DNA from: Basidiobolus meristosporus CBS 931.73
Lineage: Eukaryota > Fungi > Basidiobolomycota
Length of the DNA stretch: 64,000 bases
Assembly (NCBI GenBank): GCA_002104905.1
Contig: MCFE01000004.1
Location: 186,001 to 250,000, forward strand
Reading direction: 5' to 3'
The stretch's first letter is position 1. The number at the start of each line of letters is the position of its first letter. Shown here one piece after another: positions 1 through 13,523 of this stretch. The translations under genes and the position numbers were made by a program. Below the pieces are notes generated by a model. That model did no database searches. It saw only the letters and a program-made list of their open reading frames with translations, and was not told the origin of the DNA.

Positions 1-406
1 TGTTTTAAACCATATTTGTTACCGCATTCAAGCTTAGGTCAATTCAAATTTTATCATACATGATCTCTCAACTGAACCCTAAACCTTGAATCCAATTACT
101 ATTCATCCTTGCGCTTGGAGGGTTCCCGTCAAGCCCAAACTTCCTTTAGCCTCGCTCTAACCCTAAGATAGACATCTGGCTCAAGTGTATCCGCCACTTC
201 ACCCTTGCTCTACTAAAACCCTACTGCCTAAACCTCCTGAAGTCTGGTCTCCATCGCTTTACAAGAAACTTCATTCTTGTATATTAACAGTATCCCAAAT
301 ATCCCCAGTTTTGGTTACTTCATATTTTCTTCATCCACAAAGTCTCTTGCTCTTTTCGAAGACATCGCATCCAGAGAGTTCTATCTGACACAGCTCACAA
401 GTCCTC

Positions 407-3400
407 ATGACTGTTCAACCGTTTCCACCACCAGCTGGAAGAAGACAGTCGGATGCACTGAAGAACCGGTATAGCCAAAGCCACCGAGAGGCCATGGTGT
501 TCTCCTCTGGCACGGAGGGTTCTTTATTAAACTACGTTGGCTATTCGCAGGACAACGTTACCCAATCTTGGGATTCACTGTCGAACCAAGTAAAGTTGTC
601 GGTTCTCAACTTGGAAAAATCCAGCTATATCCTACAGGCACATAAAATTCACTCCAGCATATACAACCTCTTGAACGCGACGGATTTACTTTATTGGAAC
701 TCACCGGTATTTAAAATTGGTGGCTTGAGTGGCGTTTTGCACCAGTTGGTCGGGGAGATGAATTGGCTTATTATCCTGTGTAAACTGGCCGAAAGTGCTT
801 GGCCACCCAAAGACATCATCCCTACTTTAAGGGTCTTATCGAAAGACCTCTTACAGACGCTCAAGGATTTCATATCCAAGGCCAAAGAGAATGAGGTTCA
901 AGTTAGACCACCGCATGTAGCACATCCGTTCTATCAGTTGAACAATAACTCGAGTGACTCCATCTTTAGACGCAAAGTGGAGCTGCAACCGGCGAATTAT
1001 GATGAGACCAACTTCATTTATCTGTTCGAGCAATTTTCCCAGAGTTTGCTCTCGGAAATCACATCCATAAAGGAGACCGAGGTCACCAGTTCAGAGGAGC
1101 TGGTGGCCAGCATTCTCCTTTGCATTGATTCTATCGGAACGTTTTTGTGCTTGGTCGAGATCCTCAATTTACCCAACCCTGGTGACCCGGTTCTCACAAG
1201 AGTGTCGGAGGAGGCATTCCTTGCACACCACAACTACATCCAGAAGAAAATAATCCTCTATGCGGATATCAACGAGCTGGTTACTAGCGCTAGAGCGGTA
1301 TTATTTAGTTTTGTGCAAGATAACGCTCGGCTGGATTTGGATGAGTATGTATCGAGCGTGATCAGCTCGACACGCGAAGCAGTCCAGGCGGTGAAACACT
1401 TGCTAGGTCATAAGGAGATCGTCAAGTCTGTCAATCTGTTTGAGGTAAGAGATGACTCCGATGATCCTGCAACGGAAAACGAATTAGATCTGTTCAAGCG
1501 TAGAGTCGATAGTTTGAAAGAATTCCGAGAGGAAAACGAGTTTTTCTCTAGTAGTTCAGACTCAGATTTCGATCGTCCCAAGGAGATTGAGCGAGAGAAA
1601 TTGACTGTCAACGAAGGTGTTGACGACGCCCTCGGTCGCACTTCTTTCTCCTCCACAAGCTCTGCCTGGAGTTGTAACACTCAGGAGGAAGCTGGGGAGA
1701 TGGCCAAGGAAAGGCGAAATGCCTCGGCGGGCGATCAGTTGGATGAGAAGACGCGATTATCTACGTCTTCTGAACAATCCAGGTCCAGCTTCCAGTCCAC
1801 CAGTAGTAGACATACCAACGGTGATACTAGAAGTAGCTACGACTCCAATAGATCATCCAGCTCAATCATGACCCAATTAGTTCTGGACGGCCCAGTTGGT
1901 AATGGCCCTAAGCTGCCTAAGGGCGTACATGATTCTGTCAAATCCAAATCTAGAAAAAGATCCGTGTTTGATCTATCTAGGTCCAGTACACACAACAACA
2001 GAGACAGCACGCCGACTAGTGTAGCGGCCAAATTGAGCTTAGCGCTAGGATTTAACTCTTCCAGAAGACCTTCCTTACCCGCAGTTCTACCGACTGGACT
2101 ATTTTCGTCGGATGGTGAGAAGCACCCCAAGAAAGGTTAGTTTGCATGGAGTCGCTGCGGATCGTCCTGGGGATCTGCTAACTTGAAGATAATACAGGGT
2201 TTTTCCGTAAAAAGTCATCATTGGATCAGTCATCAGATAAGAAGAGCCAGCTCAACAACATCATCGAGGAGAGAAGAGGCTCCATTGAGGTGAGAGCTGC
2301 GGGGATACATTTCAAGCCACATTGGGGTACTAACTGAGATTCTCCCTTGCACTAGTGTAAAAATGACGAGTGGTTCTTAGATTATGACTACGATCCAGCC
2401 GATGTGGTATTCAGTCCTGAGGGACAGCTGCTAGGCGGTACTATTGAGGCACTTGTTGAGCGGTTAACTCTGCATGATACAACAATTGGTACGAAGATAT
2501 ACCAGAGCCAGGTCCATTACCCAATTTCATACTTACATCCATCTTTCGTAGACTCGGACTTCGTGAACGTTTTCCTGCTTACCTTCCGGAATTTTTGCAA
2601 ACCCAAGGATTTCTGCAATCTCTTGTTGGCCAGATTTAATATGAGCACCCCAGACGGATTATCTGAGAGCGAATATGAAAACTGGCGCTTGAAGAAATTG
2701 ACACCTATCCGACTGAGGTAAGCCTGGCATCCTAGGTATCGAAGCCAATGGGGTCTTCTCACCTTGTCCGTTTGAATGTAGAGTGCACAATATATTGAAA
2801 ACCTGGCTGGAATCATATTTTTACGAGGATGAAGATTATGAGTGCCTGCAGCCTATGCTTAATCTTGCTGAAGGAACGATGAAAGAGATGATGGCCAGCT
2901 CCGCTGAACGACTAGCTAACATCGTCAAACTCAAGGTACAGTCCATCGGCATTGGGTTCCGGATCTTTCCATGATTCTAACCGAAACTCCCAATCTCGTA
3001 TATCAGATGGAAACGTTGCAACAGGAAAGCCCTGACGATTGCAAACCGTCTTCGTTGCGCCTGGGTAATTCCAAATCTGTGGACCGATTGATGGCTGCAG
3101 CCATGGCCCTTGTCCCAGATACGCCCCCGCCACCATCAATTCTGTCTAAAACCATCCTGGACTCCCTGGCAGACGACGAGCCCATTTGCATCACCGATAT
3201 CGAGCCTTTGGAGGTTGCCCGCCAACTTACCATTATGGACAGTAGGCTTTTCCGAGCCATCCGTCCGCATGAGCTGATCGGTCAGGAGTTCTCCAAGAAA
3301 GAGGACAGTTTGTCAGTAAATGTCCGAATGATGTCGAAAATCAGCACTCAGGTACGGGTATGGGTTGTGGTTTGGTAAAGGGAGTTGTGCTGATCTGTAG

Positions 3401-4336
3401 ATTGTCTAGATTACCGAGTGGGTTGCCCATACAATTCTGCAAGAGGAGGATGTGCGCAAACGTTTGGGAGTCTTGAAGCACTTCATCATGATCGCTGAGG
3501 TATGTCGATTTTCGCCGAATAGATTTGAGGCAATGCAAGTAACCAAAGCCGACACCCCGTATCTCCTTCAGAAATGCTACACCCTCAACAACTTCAACAC
3601 CTTAATGGCCATCATGTGTGGACTGAACTCCTCCATGATTGCCAGGCTCAAGAAAACCTGGAGTGTTAGTAGTTGTATTGATCATTGGTCAGTACCCGAG
3701 CTACATGCTAAAGCCAACTTTCACGTTTAGTTGCTCCCTGGGAAACATGAGATCCTGACGGAGAACCTCCGACGTATCACCGACCATACCCGAAACTACT
3801 CTGAGTACCGAAAGCAATTGAAGGAGAGTCCGCCTCCGTGCTTGCCATTTTTAGGTACCCCCAGACTTTTTCACCAACCATCAGCCGTCTGATTTGGCCA
3901 AGGAAATCTAACCTCCAGCTTTTGCGCAGGAATCTATCTTACCGACCTGACTTTCACTGATGATGGTAATCGCTCATTTCGACGAAACAACCAGGTGATC
4001 AACTTCAACAAGCACGTAAAGACGGTCAGAATCATCCAGGAAGTGCAGCACTTTCAGGTCCCATACAATCTGGCCGATGTTGTGGAGCTGCAAGACTACT
4101 TGAACAGAGAGATCGAAGCCTGTTCCGGGTGGGATCCCAACGAGCTCTACGAGCTGAGTTTGAAGCGAGAGCCAAGACAAGAGTCCGGGGCCCCTAGCCT
4201 TCGTCGAACCAGCTCATTTTGTGACTCTACCACGCCAACCAACAGCGCCCCACCTTCCCCCGCCTTGGTGCCCCTATCAACACCAACCTCCCCCCTGGCC
4301 AATTCCAGCATCACCAGAGAGTCCATCTCTAAATGA
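407..4336 (+). CDS. Ras guanine-nucleotide exchange factor (Cdc25/Ste6-like; REM + RasGEF domains), multi-exon; 5' end uncertain and may extend upstream
   Basis: REM motif GGTIEALVERLT...DSDFVNVFLLTFRNF (2404-2720) and RasGEF motifs IEPLEVARQLTIMDSRLFRAIRPHEL, CYTLNNFNTLMAIMCGLNSSMIARLKKTW, PPCLPFLG, INFNKHVK, ELYELSLKREPR. Exons are joined by GT-AG introns. An in-frame TGA precedes ATG407, and a possible acceptor (ctgacacag) lies at 393. Confidence 0.9.
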
Positions 4337-4392
4337 TCCGTAGTCGTAAAATTAGACCATTCTTTTTGATTAACCTGTATTCTGAACCCCCT

Positions 4393-4446
4393 CTACACCT
4401 ACACCTACACCCACACCCACACCCATACCCATACACACCACCACCA
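4393..4446 (+). repeat. Degenerate hexamer microsatellite (CTACAC/CCACAC/CCATAC)n in the RasGEF 3' region
   Basis: ctacacctacacctacacccacacccacacccatacccatacacaccaccacc read directly. Confidence 0.8.
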
Positions 4447-4805
4447 ACATAATTTCCCCTCCTGTTTTAAAGCATCTTCACCATCGACCCGTTTTTGTTT
4501 GTTCCACCATGTTGCAGTGTTCATACACGTTGGTCGTCGTGTTTCACAACCAACCCTCGCCTCCACTATACCACGTCGAACCCGGAGGGCGATCCGTTTT
4601 TAGACATAAATCGAGTGATATTTATTACCTTTCATGGAACTAATAAGCGTCTAATGATACAAATAAAAGAAAAGGAACTAGGTTGGATAGACTAATCTAA
4701 GGGGATGCGTTTCTCGGAACAGCTAGTTCTCCTCCCGGTAACGTCGCGAAGTGGATTGGTGTGAGTGAGGGGGGGGGAGGAAAGGAGGAAAGGGGAAAGG
4801 GGAGC

Positions 4806-7800
4806 TTAGATGGAGTAAAGCTGGAAATAGCTGAGCTTGAGAACGGCGTGGAGACGTTGGTCTTCCGGAAGCGGAAGGCTCTTGAGCAAGTGCTGCTCCC
4901 GATGCTCCACCAGGTCTATCTCGGAGAGGGCTCGGGTGACTCTGGATGCCATTTCCGCTATGCACACGGTTTGCTGGGTATTGGTCACCTTCTCCTTCAT
5001 GCGGGAGAGGGTACGAAGCAGCTGGGTCATCAGATCCTTCAGCTCGACATACTCGTGATCGGAGTATCCCTTGGGCTCCAGGAGCTTGGGAAGTCTCTCG
5101 AAGATCTCGATGTAATCCAAGAACACGGAGCCCCCACTCTCCCAGTCAGAGACCTCCTGCGAGGCCACCTGGTCGAGCAACGACTTCAAACGATGCACCC
5201 GGTCCCGTAACAACGCATCCGGCGCCAGTCTCTCGACGATGATCTGGTGGGCTTGGTTCCACTTGGCGGCATGGATCAAACACACCGCCTCTTCGTACTC
5301 CATGCCGTTGTACTTGGCGTGAAGTGCCTTCGCCTCGTATATCCAGTCGCTGGGGATCTGAAGCGCATTGACCAGGAACGTTTCTTCCTCGGTGAGCGGG
5401 ATTTCCGGTAGGCCGGCCGACTCCTCGATCGCACTGACACTGGTGTGTCGGAAGATGAGCTCGCGGATGCTCACCTCCCTCGCGTGGGGATCACTCAAAT
5501 GAAGTAGAATGAACGCTGCCCATTTCCAGAGACCCAAGGTCTCCAGCTGGAAAGCGAACCCGACACAGGAGTTCGCGCCGGGTGTACTGTCGATGGCGTC
5601 TTCGTAGCGTTCGAACAACCTCACCCCCAACACCCGCTCAAGCATGATGAAAAGATGCCAGGAGAGGCGGTAGTCGAGCGGGGATGGGCTGATCGAGAGA
5701 GGGAGAATCGCGTCTTCCAGTGAGTATGCTGGGTCTATGTACACCTTGAGCAGGCCGAAGAGAACGTCGTACAGATCCCTCTGCTTGGAAGACTCCTTCT
5801 GATACCATGGGAGTGGCAACGCGATCGGAACCGAGCATTTTTGCTCCAGGAAAGCGTGCTCGTACTTAGTGACGGAGTCGGCCATCGAGGTCTCTAAGAA
5901 ACTGGCATACCAAATGAACAGGCCTAGGGTTCGCTTCCAGTCTAGTCCTTCGTGAACATACACGGTCTTGTCGTGACGATCGGTGAGCTCCACATTCTGT
6001 GGACAGATGTTACCGCTTAGCAGCTCGTAGAGTCGAGTATAGTCGGGGCTGATGCTGGATTGGAAACGATACTCCTTCCATTTGAGCACTTGATGGGCTA
6101 CATCGATGCGGGACTGAGCGTCTCCACCAGCCTGGGAAATCAAAGTGGAGAGACGGAAGTCGCGGTTCTTGATGGATTCGACGCATGCCTTGCTGATTCG
6201 GTTTCCGGTGATATAGGCGAAAATGATCCCCGCGCTGTTCCCTTTGGCCTCCAATTGCTGGATATGTGCAAGCATTTCGGGACGAACCGCCTCCTTGAGC
6301 CAGTTGGTGAAGGATGCTTTGTTGTGTACAGCGGCCAGCCTCTCCAAGGTTTGCCCCGGGAGCATCTCGTTAGGGGGGACAAAAACGTTGTCCCACAAAG
6401 CCTCGGCAAGCTTCCATACCAACACCTCGTGGTTCTCGAAATGGGCTCGCCCGCTGGTCTCCACCTTACGAACAAACTCCCCGAACAGCAACTCAGGCGA
6501 GGTTAATGCCATTGGAACACCGCTCTCGTCGAGAGCGATCTCGGTATGCTCCAATTGAGTCTCCAAGGTGGCCTCGTGCTTCTGGTACTCGGCGGTTTCA
6601 TCTTGGAAAACCTTGACCTTTTGAATGGTCACTTGCGAAATGGATTCGGTGGTTAGCGAGGTGTCGGAGAGGCCTCCTACAGACACGATACGACCCGAAG
6701 ATACCATCAACCCACCGGGACCCCAGCCGACTCGGAATGAACGGCCCATCATAAGGCCGGCGTCAACAAGACAGCCGGACTTTGAATGCGAGAGCGACTT
6801 GTCGTAAGATACGCGAGCACATTTCTTGGGTGGTCTGGCCAGTCCAGCCGAGGAAAAGTGGGAAACCCCCGCGTTAGGGATGTCGTCAGCAAAATCCTCC
6901 ACTTCCTCCTCGGACACCTCCATCTCCTGTCCAAATTGCAATGGCGTGGGCTCCTTCGTGGGCTTCGATGACCATGAAGCGGCGGTAGTGGAGACTGGCT
7001 TCAACAACGGTGGAGCATTCTCCTGGACGCTGTCTTTGAATAAAGAAGCTTGCATGACATGGACTTTATGGGCCTCTAGACCTAGTTGCTTAGCCCATGG
7101 CTTCGATTGCTGTGACTCGTTGAGAACACTTGCCGAAGACCTGAACAGGTCTACGTTGGGAGAGGTACCCCTGTAAGGACCGGCCATGTCGGCATAATCG
7201 CTTCCCTCCGAATCCAGAAAGTTCCCTCGGGGCGAAGCGAATGTATCGTCCATGCTGGACTCGTCTCTGGAATCGAGCATCTCCTCGCTTTCCGAATGGT
7301 CGCTTTCGGGGGAAAGCCAGGAAACAGGTGGGGCATCGTCCATATCCTCGTCATTGAAACGGCTCACGTTGGACACCTGTTCGCTATCTTCAACAAGAAT
7401 CTCCGGGGTCACTGAAAGATCAGGCTTGGTGTGGGAAGCGACAGGCACCTCCTCGTCGTCATCATCATCATCAAGGCCATATCGACTGAAATGCTGTACG
7501 ATGAAAGTCCAAGAGCCATCATCCAGGTTAAAATCAACAAACTCAGTCTCGGGGATGCTCTTCATCTTCTTAAGGTGCTGCTGGAATCTAGGGGAGTTAC
7601 GATCCTTGATGAACTTTCTGGTGGATTTGTCGATTGGCCAGCACTGGTCCAGGGAAATAAGCGCGGGCACATTCAAACCGTTGCCAACCTTGGGCTTGAT
7701 GGTCTCGTCTGGATAGACAGTACAGGACTTTCTTTCGAAGATCACGATCTCACCCAGGATCGAGGATAACTCAAGATCCGACAGATCCACCGTCTCCAAG

Positions 7801-10722
7801 AAACGGACCTTGCCGTAGCCAATACGGCCCACCTCGAATTCCGAGATTTGCTTCAAGGACTCCTTGGACTTCTTCCTCAATTCTTCGATCGATGGTGTGC
7901 ACCAATATTCGGCAGGTGGTGATTTTGCCAAGGGCGAGGTAGAGCCATAATCCACGCCAAAGTCGGTATTCGCTTGAGGTGAAGTCAACACGCCCTCATT
8001 GGATGTATCCGCCGTCAAATAAGACAAAGTTCTCACCCCATTCTCTTGGGCTGTGGGGGACTCGGTGCTATCCTGACCATGGTATGTGTCTAGATCATGG
8101 TTGAACTTCACAGTTCTAGTGCTGGCATTTAGAGTACCACTGGGCGAGGCTGGAGCAGACTCTCCAAAGAGGGCAGTTCTCTTGTCAAGTAGTTCACCAA
8201 TTTTATGGTTTATGACTAGTTTCTTGACACTTTGCTTGGGGGTGAATGCCTCAGGGCTCAGCACGGTGTCATCACTAGTGCTTTCGAAAAGGTGAACTGA
8301 GGTGGAGCTGTTCGGTTTGTATGCCGATGCGCCCATAGAAGAGGCCAGAGGAAATCCGCGGAGCTTGATTTTACTTGAGGACCTGGGGGTCGATTTGAAG
8401 TGAGGTGTATTGGGGTACTTCTTCTTTTGAACTGTAGACGATGTCAATGGCTCCGCGGTAGCGACACTGCTATGAAGAGGGGAAGTCGCGTTGGTACTCG
8501 ATGAGGGAAGAGTAGAGAAGAGTGGGTTGTTTCCATAAGGATTTTTGTCAATCGAAGCTTGCATTGGAGCTTGGTTGATACTTCCCAAACCAGCAGCATT
8601 CTGTGTGGTGCTTCCAAAGCCTGAGGTTGAAAGACCAAAACCAGTACTAGCACCGGTATTGGCAGCGGTTGTGCCGAACAATCCTCCGGTGGTTGCTGGT
8701 TTATTGAATAAACCTCCACCAGTACTGGTAGTAGAGTTTAGGGTAGATCCGAAAGTGTTGGTTGCAGTACCAGTGTTCCCGAACAGGCTGGGTGTCGTGG
8801 TGGCAGTGTTCCCTCCAAACAGGCTTGGAGCTGCTGTACTAGTGGCGGCAGTACTGCCAAAGAGACCACCGCTAGGTGCACTGGTTGCAGTGGAACCGAA
8901 CCCAAATGAAGGCTTAGCTGCGGTGTTAGCACCTAGAGTATTCGCAGTATTTCCGAATGCGAAACCAGAAGAAGTGGCAGGGGTGCTCCCGAAAGAGGTT
9001 CCAGTATTGCCTCCAAAACCAAAGGATGGCGCAGCAGGGGCGGCTGAAGTAGCAGCACCAAATCCGCCACTTCCAAAACCAGTGTTGGTGGCTCCAGCTC
9101 CAAATCCAGTACTAGCAGTGTTGCTACCACCAAAGTTGAGGCCTCCAGCAGTATTGGTAGTACCACTTCCAAAAGCAGGGGTGCTTGTAGAACCGAAAGG
9201 TGTAGAGGTTGCAGTGGATGTATTCGTCGATCCTATTGCAGATGCAAAAATCAGGAACATGCCAACTTGAAATAGCACTCTCCACAAAACACTTACCAAA
9301 GCCAAAAGCAGGCTTTGAGGGTGTCGTAGCGCCAAACCCACCACCAGAACCGAAGGCAGGTGCGGTAGATGTTTGGCCAAAAGGTGAAGTAGTGGTATTG
9401 CTAGCACCAAATGCGCCAGTGGTATTGGTCGTATTTTGTCCAAAAGGAGAAGTTGTATTGGTGCTTCCAAAGCCGGATGACCCAAAAGACCCTGTACAAT
9501 AAAAAGTTAACATCCTATTATCCTTGCTTAGTAAAAAGAGCTGAGCTATACCTGTGGTGTTGGTAGTATTTGTGCCAAAACCGCCAGATCCAAATCCAGT
9601 GGACTGTCCAAAACCAGATGTTTGCTGAGTATTAGTATTGCCGAAAAGACCGCCGGCACTCGATGTAGGTGTACTACCGAAAGCAGTACCGCTGCCGCCA
9701 AAACCAGTGGTATTGGAACCAAAACTGCTAGTTTGTTGGCCAAACCCAGTGGTGCCAGATTGTCCAGCACTCTTGCGACCTTGAGCGTAATCTTGAACTC
9801 TCAATTCCTATAAAATTCAACATTGCGTCTCAGTATGTCGTTTCCTTTCGCCTCTACAATGCTACGAATAAATGATTTGCACCTCAAATGAGAAATTGCG
9901 ATATGCAGGCATTGCAGTAATACTTTGAAGCAAAGATATCACACCAGTGCTGGTGTCTTTATCTTGAGTGACGCTATAAGCTGGGCTTGCGGTACCATTT
10001 GCAGCATTTGCATTGGAATTAAAGGAGCCTACAAAAACCATCAATATGTGAACAAATAGAAAGGTGCTGAAACTCAAATCCCACCTGAGCCAAAACCACC
10101 ACCAGTATTGGCAGAACCAAAAGTATTGCCCTGACCAAACATACCAGTAGATCCAGTTGAACCGAAACCGGAAGTCGTGTTGTTGTTGGTGGCGGTGTTA
10201 TTGGAACCTACAAACAAGAATATAAGAACGCAGAAGACGGGCAATAATCTGAATGAACCATACCAAATCCGCCAAACCCCGACGTGGTATTTGAAGTCGA
10301 TCCGAAAAGCCCGCCCCCAGTGCTCCCGAAACCTGATTGAGTTGTCTGACTGGGCTGTTGGCCAAAAGATGGAGTGGAACCGAATCCTAACGCAAAATCA
10401 GTGTGTTAGACGGGGGGAAACAGCGAGATCGATTCTGGACATAGGCGGTACCTGATGTATTGCTATTATTGAAGCCAGTCTGCTGATTTTGCTGGCCAAA
10501 TCCAGCCGTCTGTCCAAAACCTATAGATTTAGCAAGGCCAAACGTTCAGTATGTAATGCGACGAATCGGGACTTTGCCCAACGTAAATGATTTCCAACGC
10601 TTACCACCAAAGCTGTTGCTGGTATTTGTTTGTCCAAAAGTTGTGTTTTGATTTTGTTGGCCAAAACCACCCCCACCGCCACTTCCAAAGCTCGAGTTTC
10701 CAAAACTGCTACCACCAAACAT
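4806..10722 (-). CDS. NUP98: Nucleoporin Nup98-Nup96 precursor (Nup145/Nup189-like), multi-exon
   Basis: ATG at 10722 (MFGGSSFG...), FG/GLFG repeat exons, GLEBS motif (LLQSITAMPAYRNFSFEELRVQDY), autopeptidase domain (VGRIGYGKVRFLETVDL...WTFIVQHFSRYGL) and Nup96 domain (DAGLMMGRSFRVGWGPGG, LDWKRTLGLFIWY). Confidence 0.95.
7485..7493 (-). other. Nup98/Nup96 autoproteolysis site HF|S
   Basis: Codons CAT TTC AGT within VQHFSRYGL; this is the established conserved cleavage motif. Confidence 0.9.
8600..10720 (-). repeat. FG/GLFG low-complexity coding repeats of Nup98
   Basis: Repeated GGLFG, SFGFG, TSPFGQ, TGFGS units in the translated exons. Confidence 0.9.
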
Positions 10723-11906
10723 ACTTAAATGATGGAGAACAGTAATCTATCTAGTGAATTGGTGTGAAGAAATAGAAAAAATGTGTATATATATATAAAC
10801 TCGACAGAGGTGGAGTGGAGCGGGAAACGCGTGTTGGATAAGCTGTAGATTCACCTGACCAAGTTCAAGAGTATAATCGTGTAGCTAACAATCTGTTGCT
10901 TGAAATTTTTTTCTCAGATTTTCGAGAGAATTGTAGCTACAAAATTTCGTACGAAAAACTAATGAATGGCTTTTTGTTTACACATTCCAGCATTTTTGAA
11001 GTAAATATAGGGATATCGATTGTTATCGGGATTCCGATTTATATTTCGCATACAAGGAGTATGAGCATTGGACTTGACTTCAACTCGACGTAGCATTGGC
11101 CATTACATGAGACTGGCAATAAACCACACACCATGTGGAGGGTGTAATTTCCATGTCTTAGCATCGTGACTATCATAACACACAAGAGCCATATTGATCA
11201 TGGTGTAAGAAGCACTGGAGCAGGCTTTAATCGTAGAGGCAGAGGACTGTTTGGAAAAGTTACGCTGCGGTGATGCAAAACACCACAATAGTCCCTTGGA
11301 AGAAAAGGTATTTGACAAAGACCCATTCGAAACAGGAAAGCCACTGTATTCAAGGCACAGAAAATGATTATCATAATATTCCACAGGTGATGAGAATGAA
11401 TCATTGCAAATAGGGTGGCGGCAATCCACAATAAAATGCAGCCGTGTAAGATTGAGTTAGACAGCTTACCGCCAGTATGCTAACCCCCTCTGGACACGAA
11501 TTATGGACTATTTATCCACCAATCAATTTGAGGTTTTTATTGGTAAATACTGTCAATATCGAAGATCGCCTCGTTACTTGAATACCTCACGTACCAATAT
11601 CAATCGGAACACTGCTTACCAAACTTGGAATTCCATTGGGTCTGATTTGCATCATTTTCATGTTGTATAGATGGCTGTTTGACGCGACCACCAGTTTGTT
11701 ACTTGAATAGTATGGCCTATTCCCAATAAGCTTGCATTTCTGGTGAATATGGTTCTGAACGTGAAAATGAGCAGTGGGTAATTGTGATGCCTACTGACCT
11801 GAGACCAACCAATAAGGGGCGAGTGGTGAGTTTACCAAACTTATCACGGTGATATATTAGTGAATGCGGTTGCTCAAAGTATATACGAATTTGGAGTGTG
11901 AGGCGA

Positions 11907-11916
11907 TATATAAAAG
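11907..11916 (+). promoter_or_regulatory. TATA box upstream of ORF 11955
   Basis: TATATAAAAG about 40 nt upstream of ATG11955 (cacaATG context). Confidence 0.6.
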
Positions 11917-11954
11917 GCTTGGTTGCCGTACCGAAATGTTACTCGCACACCACA

Positions 11955-12596
11955 ATGTCGTTCATCTCATTTAGGGTAGAAAAAGCAAAGGGCAACAACA
12001 TTACTCACGCAGTGGATATCATCGATGTTCTAACAAACGAAGTGCTCTATCGAAAAGAGCCAAGCGGAATGATGAAGGAAATGGACTCCCTTCACCTGGT
12101 GACTACTAATAATGAAATACCCTTATGGGAGGCTAACCCTGTCAGAAGATCAACGGAAATTCGCCTGGATAGCCACCGCTACAAATCCCAGGTCGTGTTT
12201 GATAATTCGAATCAGCGGCCAACGTGGTTCTACTTTGTCTGGAAGAACATCACGTTCACTTGGGAGCGCTCCCAAGCTCAATACCTCTGTTTCGCTCCAG
12301 GTGAGCGATTGATAGCCAAAGTAGACCTGAGCACAAAGATGATATCCGTGCTAGAAAACGTAGAGAAGTTTGCCCCTGGTACCGAGTCTCTCCTGATTCT
12401 AGTAAGTCTGAAGGTCCTATCCAGAGGAAAGAAACCCCTGGGAGAAATTTTCCGACCAGTTGCTTCGCTTTTTGCGAGGAAAAAGGGCACCAGAAGTGTC
12501 GCCGAAGGCTATTACGATTATAGCGCGACCTACAATGGTGAATACAGACCGAGTAGCTTTGAAAAGCAAATGATAGCTCGTACAAGAACCGCCTAA
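11955..12596 (+). CDS. Uncharacterised 213-aa intronless protein, possibly DUF6593/tubby-C-terminal-like beta fold
   Basis: Open frame from ATG11955 with an upstream TATA. The pattern F.WKNITFTWE...YLC...LIAKVD...LLILVSLKVL resembles fungal DUF6593/LURP-type proteins (from memory, not searched). Confidence 0.6.
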   Translation: MSFISFRVEKAKGNNITHAVDIIDVLTNEVLYRKEPSGMMKEMDSLHLVTTNNEIPLWEANPVRRSTEIRLDSHRYKSQVVFDNSNQRPTWFYFVWKNITFTWERSQAQYLCFAPGERLIAKVDLSTKMISVLENVEKFAPGTESLLILVSLKVLSRGKKPLGEIFRPVASLFARKKGTRSVAEGYYDYSATYNGEYRPSSFEKQMIARTRTA

Positions 12597-13523
12597 TACC
12601 CCCTTTATTCGAGATAGAGATACCTCACTGCCATTATCATTTTCGCCCAAGCATCACATCTGTACAGTTTAATTATATTAAAGTCCCAAAATGTACGTTC
12701 TTCATCTTTTTCTTTGTTGTTGTTAAATAGGGTAGTACATAGTACAGGTACCTCACCGCGCCCTTATATGCTCATATCGAAGATTCTTGTAGAACAACCT
12801 TATATCCACAAATGTCCATGTATTTTCTGGGTGAGCTAGTGCCCCAATGATCTGTAGTCTAGATCAATCAGATCAAGGTGAGCGTTGATACGATATTTGT
12901 TCCTGAATCTACACAAGTAGTAAGTATATGTTGTATATAAGCAACGCTTATGGCTTGGTGAAGACTGGCTGATTGGTTCTTCATCGGATTAAATATGTTT
13001 CCATCAAGACTGGAAAGTTGGCCAATAGTATCCTCTTTAGTCGAACTGTAAGGGATCATGGACCGTATCGCAGATTGGTGTTGTTGTACAATGAATGTTC
13101 GAGTAGAGACATTCCTCTCAGATTGGCGTCTCTTTCTTTTTATACAAACGCCATGCAGACAACGTACTCGAGAGGCGTATCGTTGAGCACGTTAACCAAC
13201 ATTAGCCTACAATGAGTAGGATTATGCTGGGCTGTTGGTGGTATGCTTAGTGTGAGAGAGAGAGAGAGATGCATGATATCCAGAAATTTGGTTCGAGTTG
13301 GGAGTGGTTGACATATCCGTGAACATAAAATGTGTGGTCACCTTTTACATCAAGTAGTTGGGGAAAATAGGCTGACCCATGTTTATTTGACAATGATGTT
13401 GAGTGAAAAATTACAGTGAGAGTAAATGGCGTGGAATTATAAGAGTGAAACAAGTACAAAAAGTCTCACTAATTGTACCTTGCTGAGCATTCTAAGAATT
13501 AGTGTTCTCCTGACGAGACCTGG

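Noticed and set aside
8545-9270. 241-aa plus-strand Pro/Val/Lys-rich ORF
   Set aside because: Antisense of the Nup98 FG repeats.
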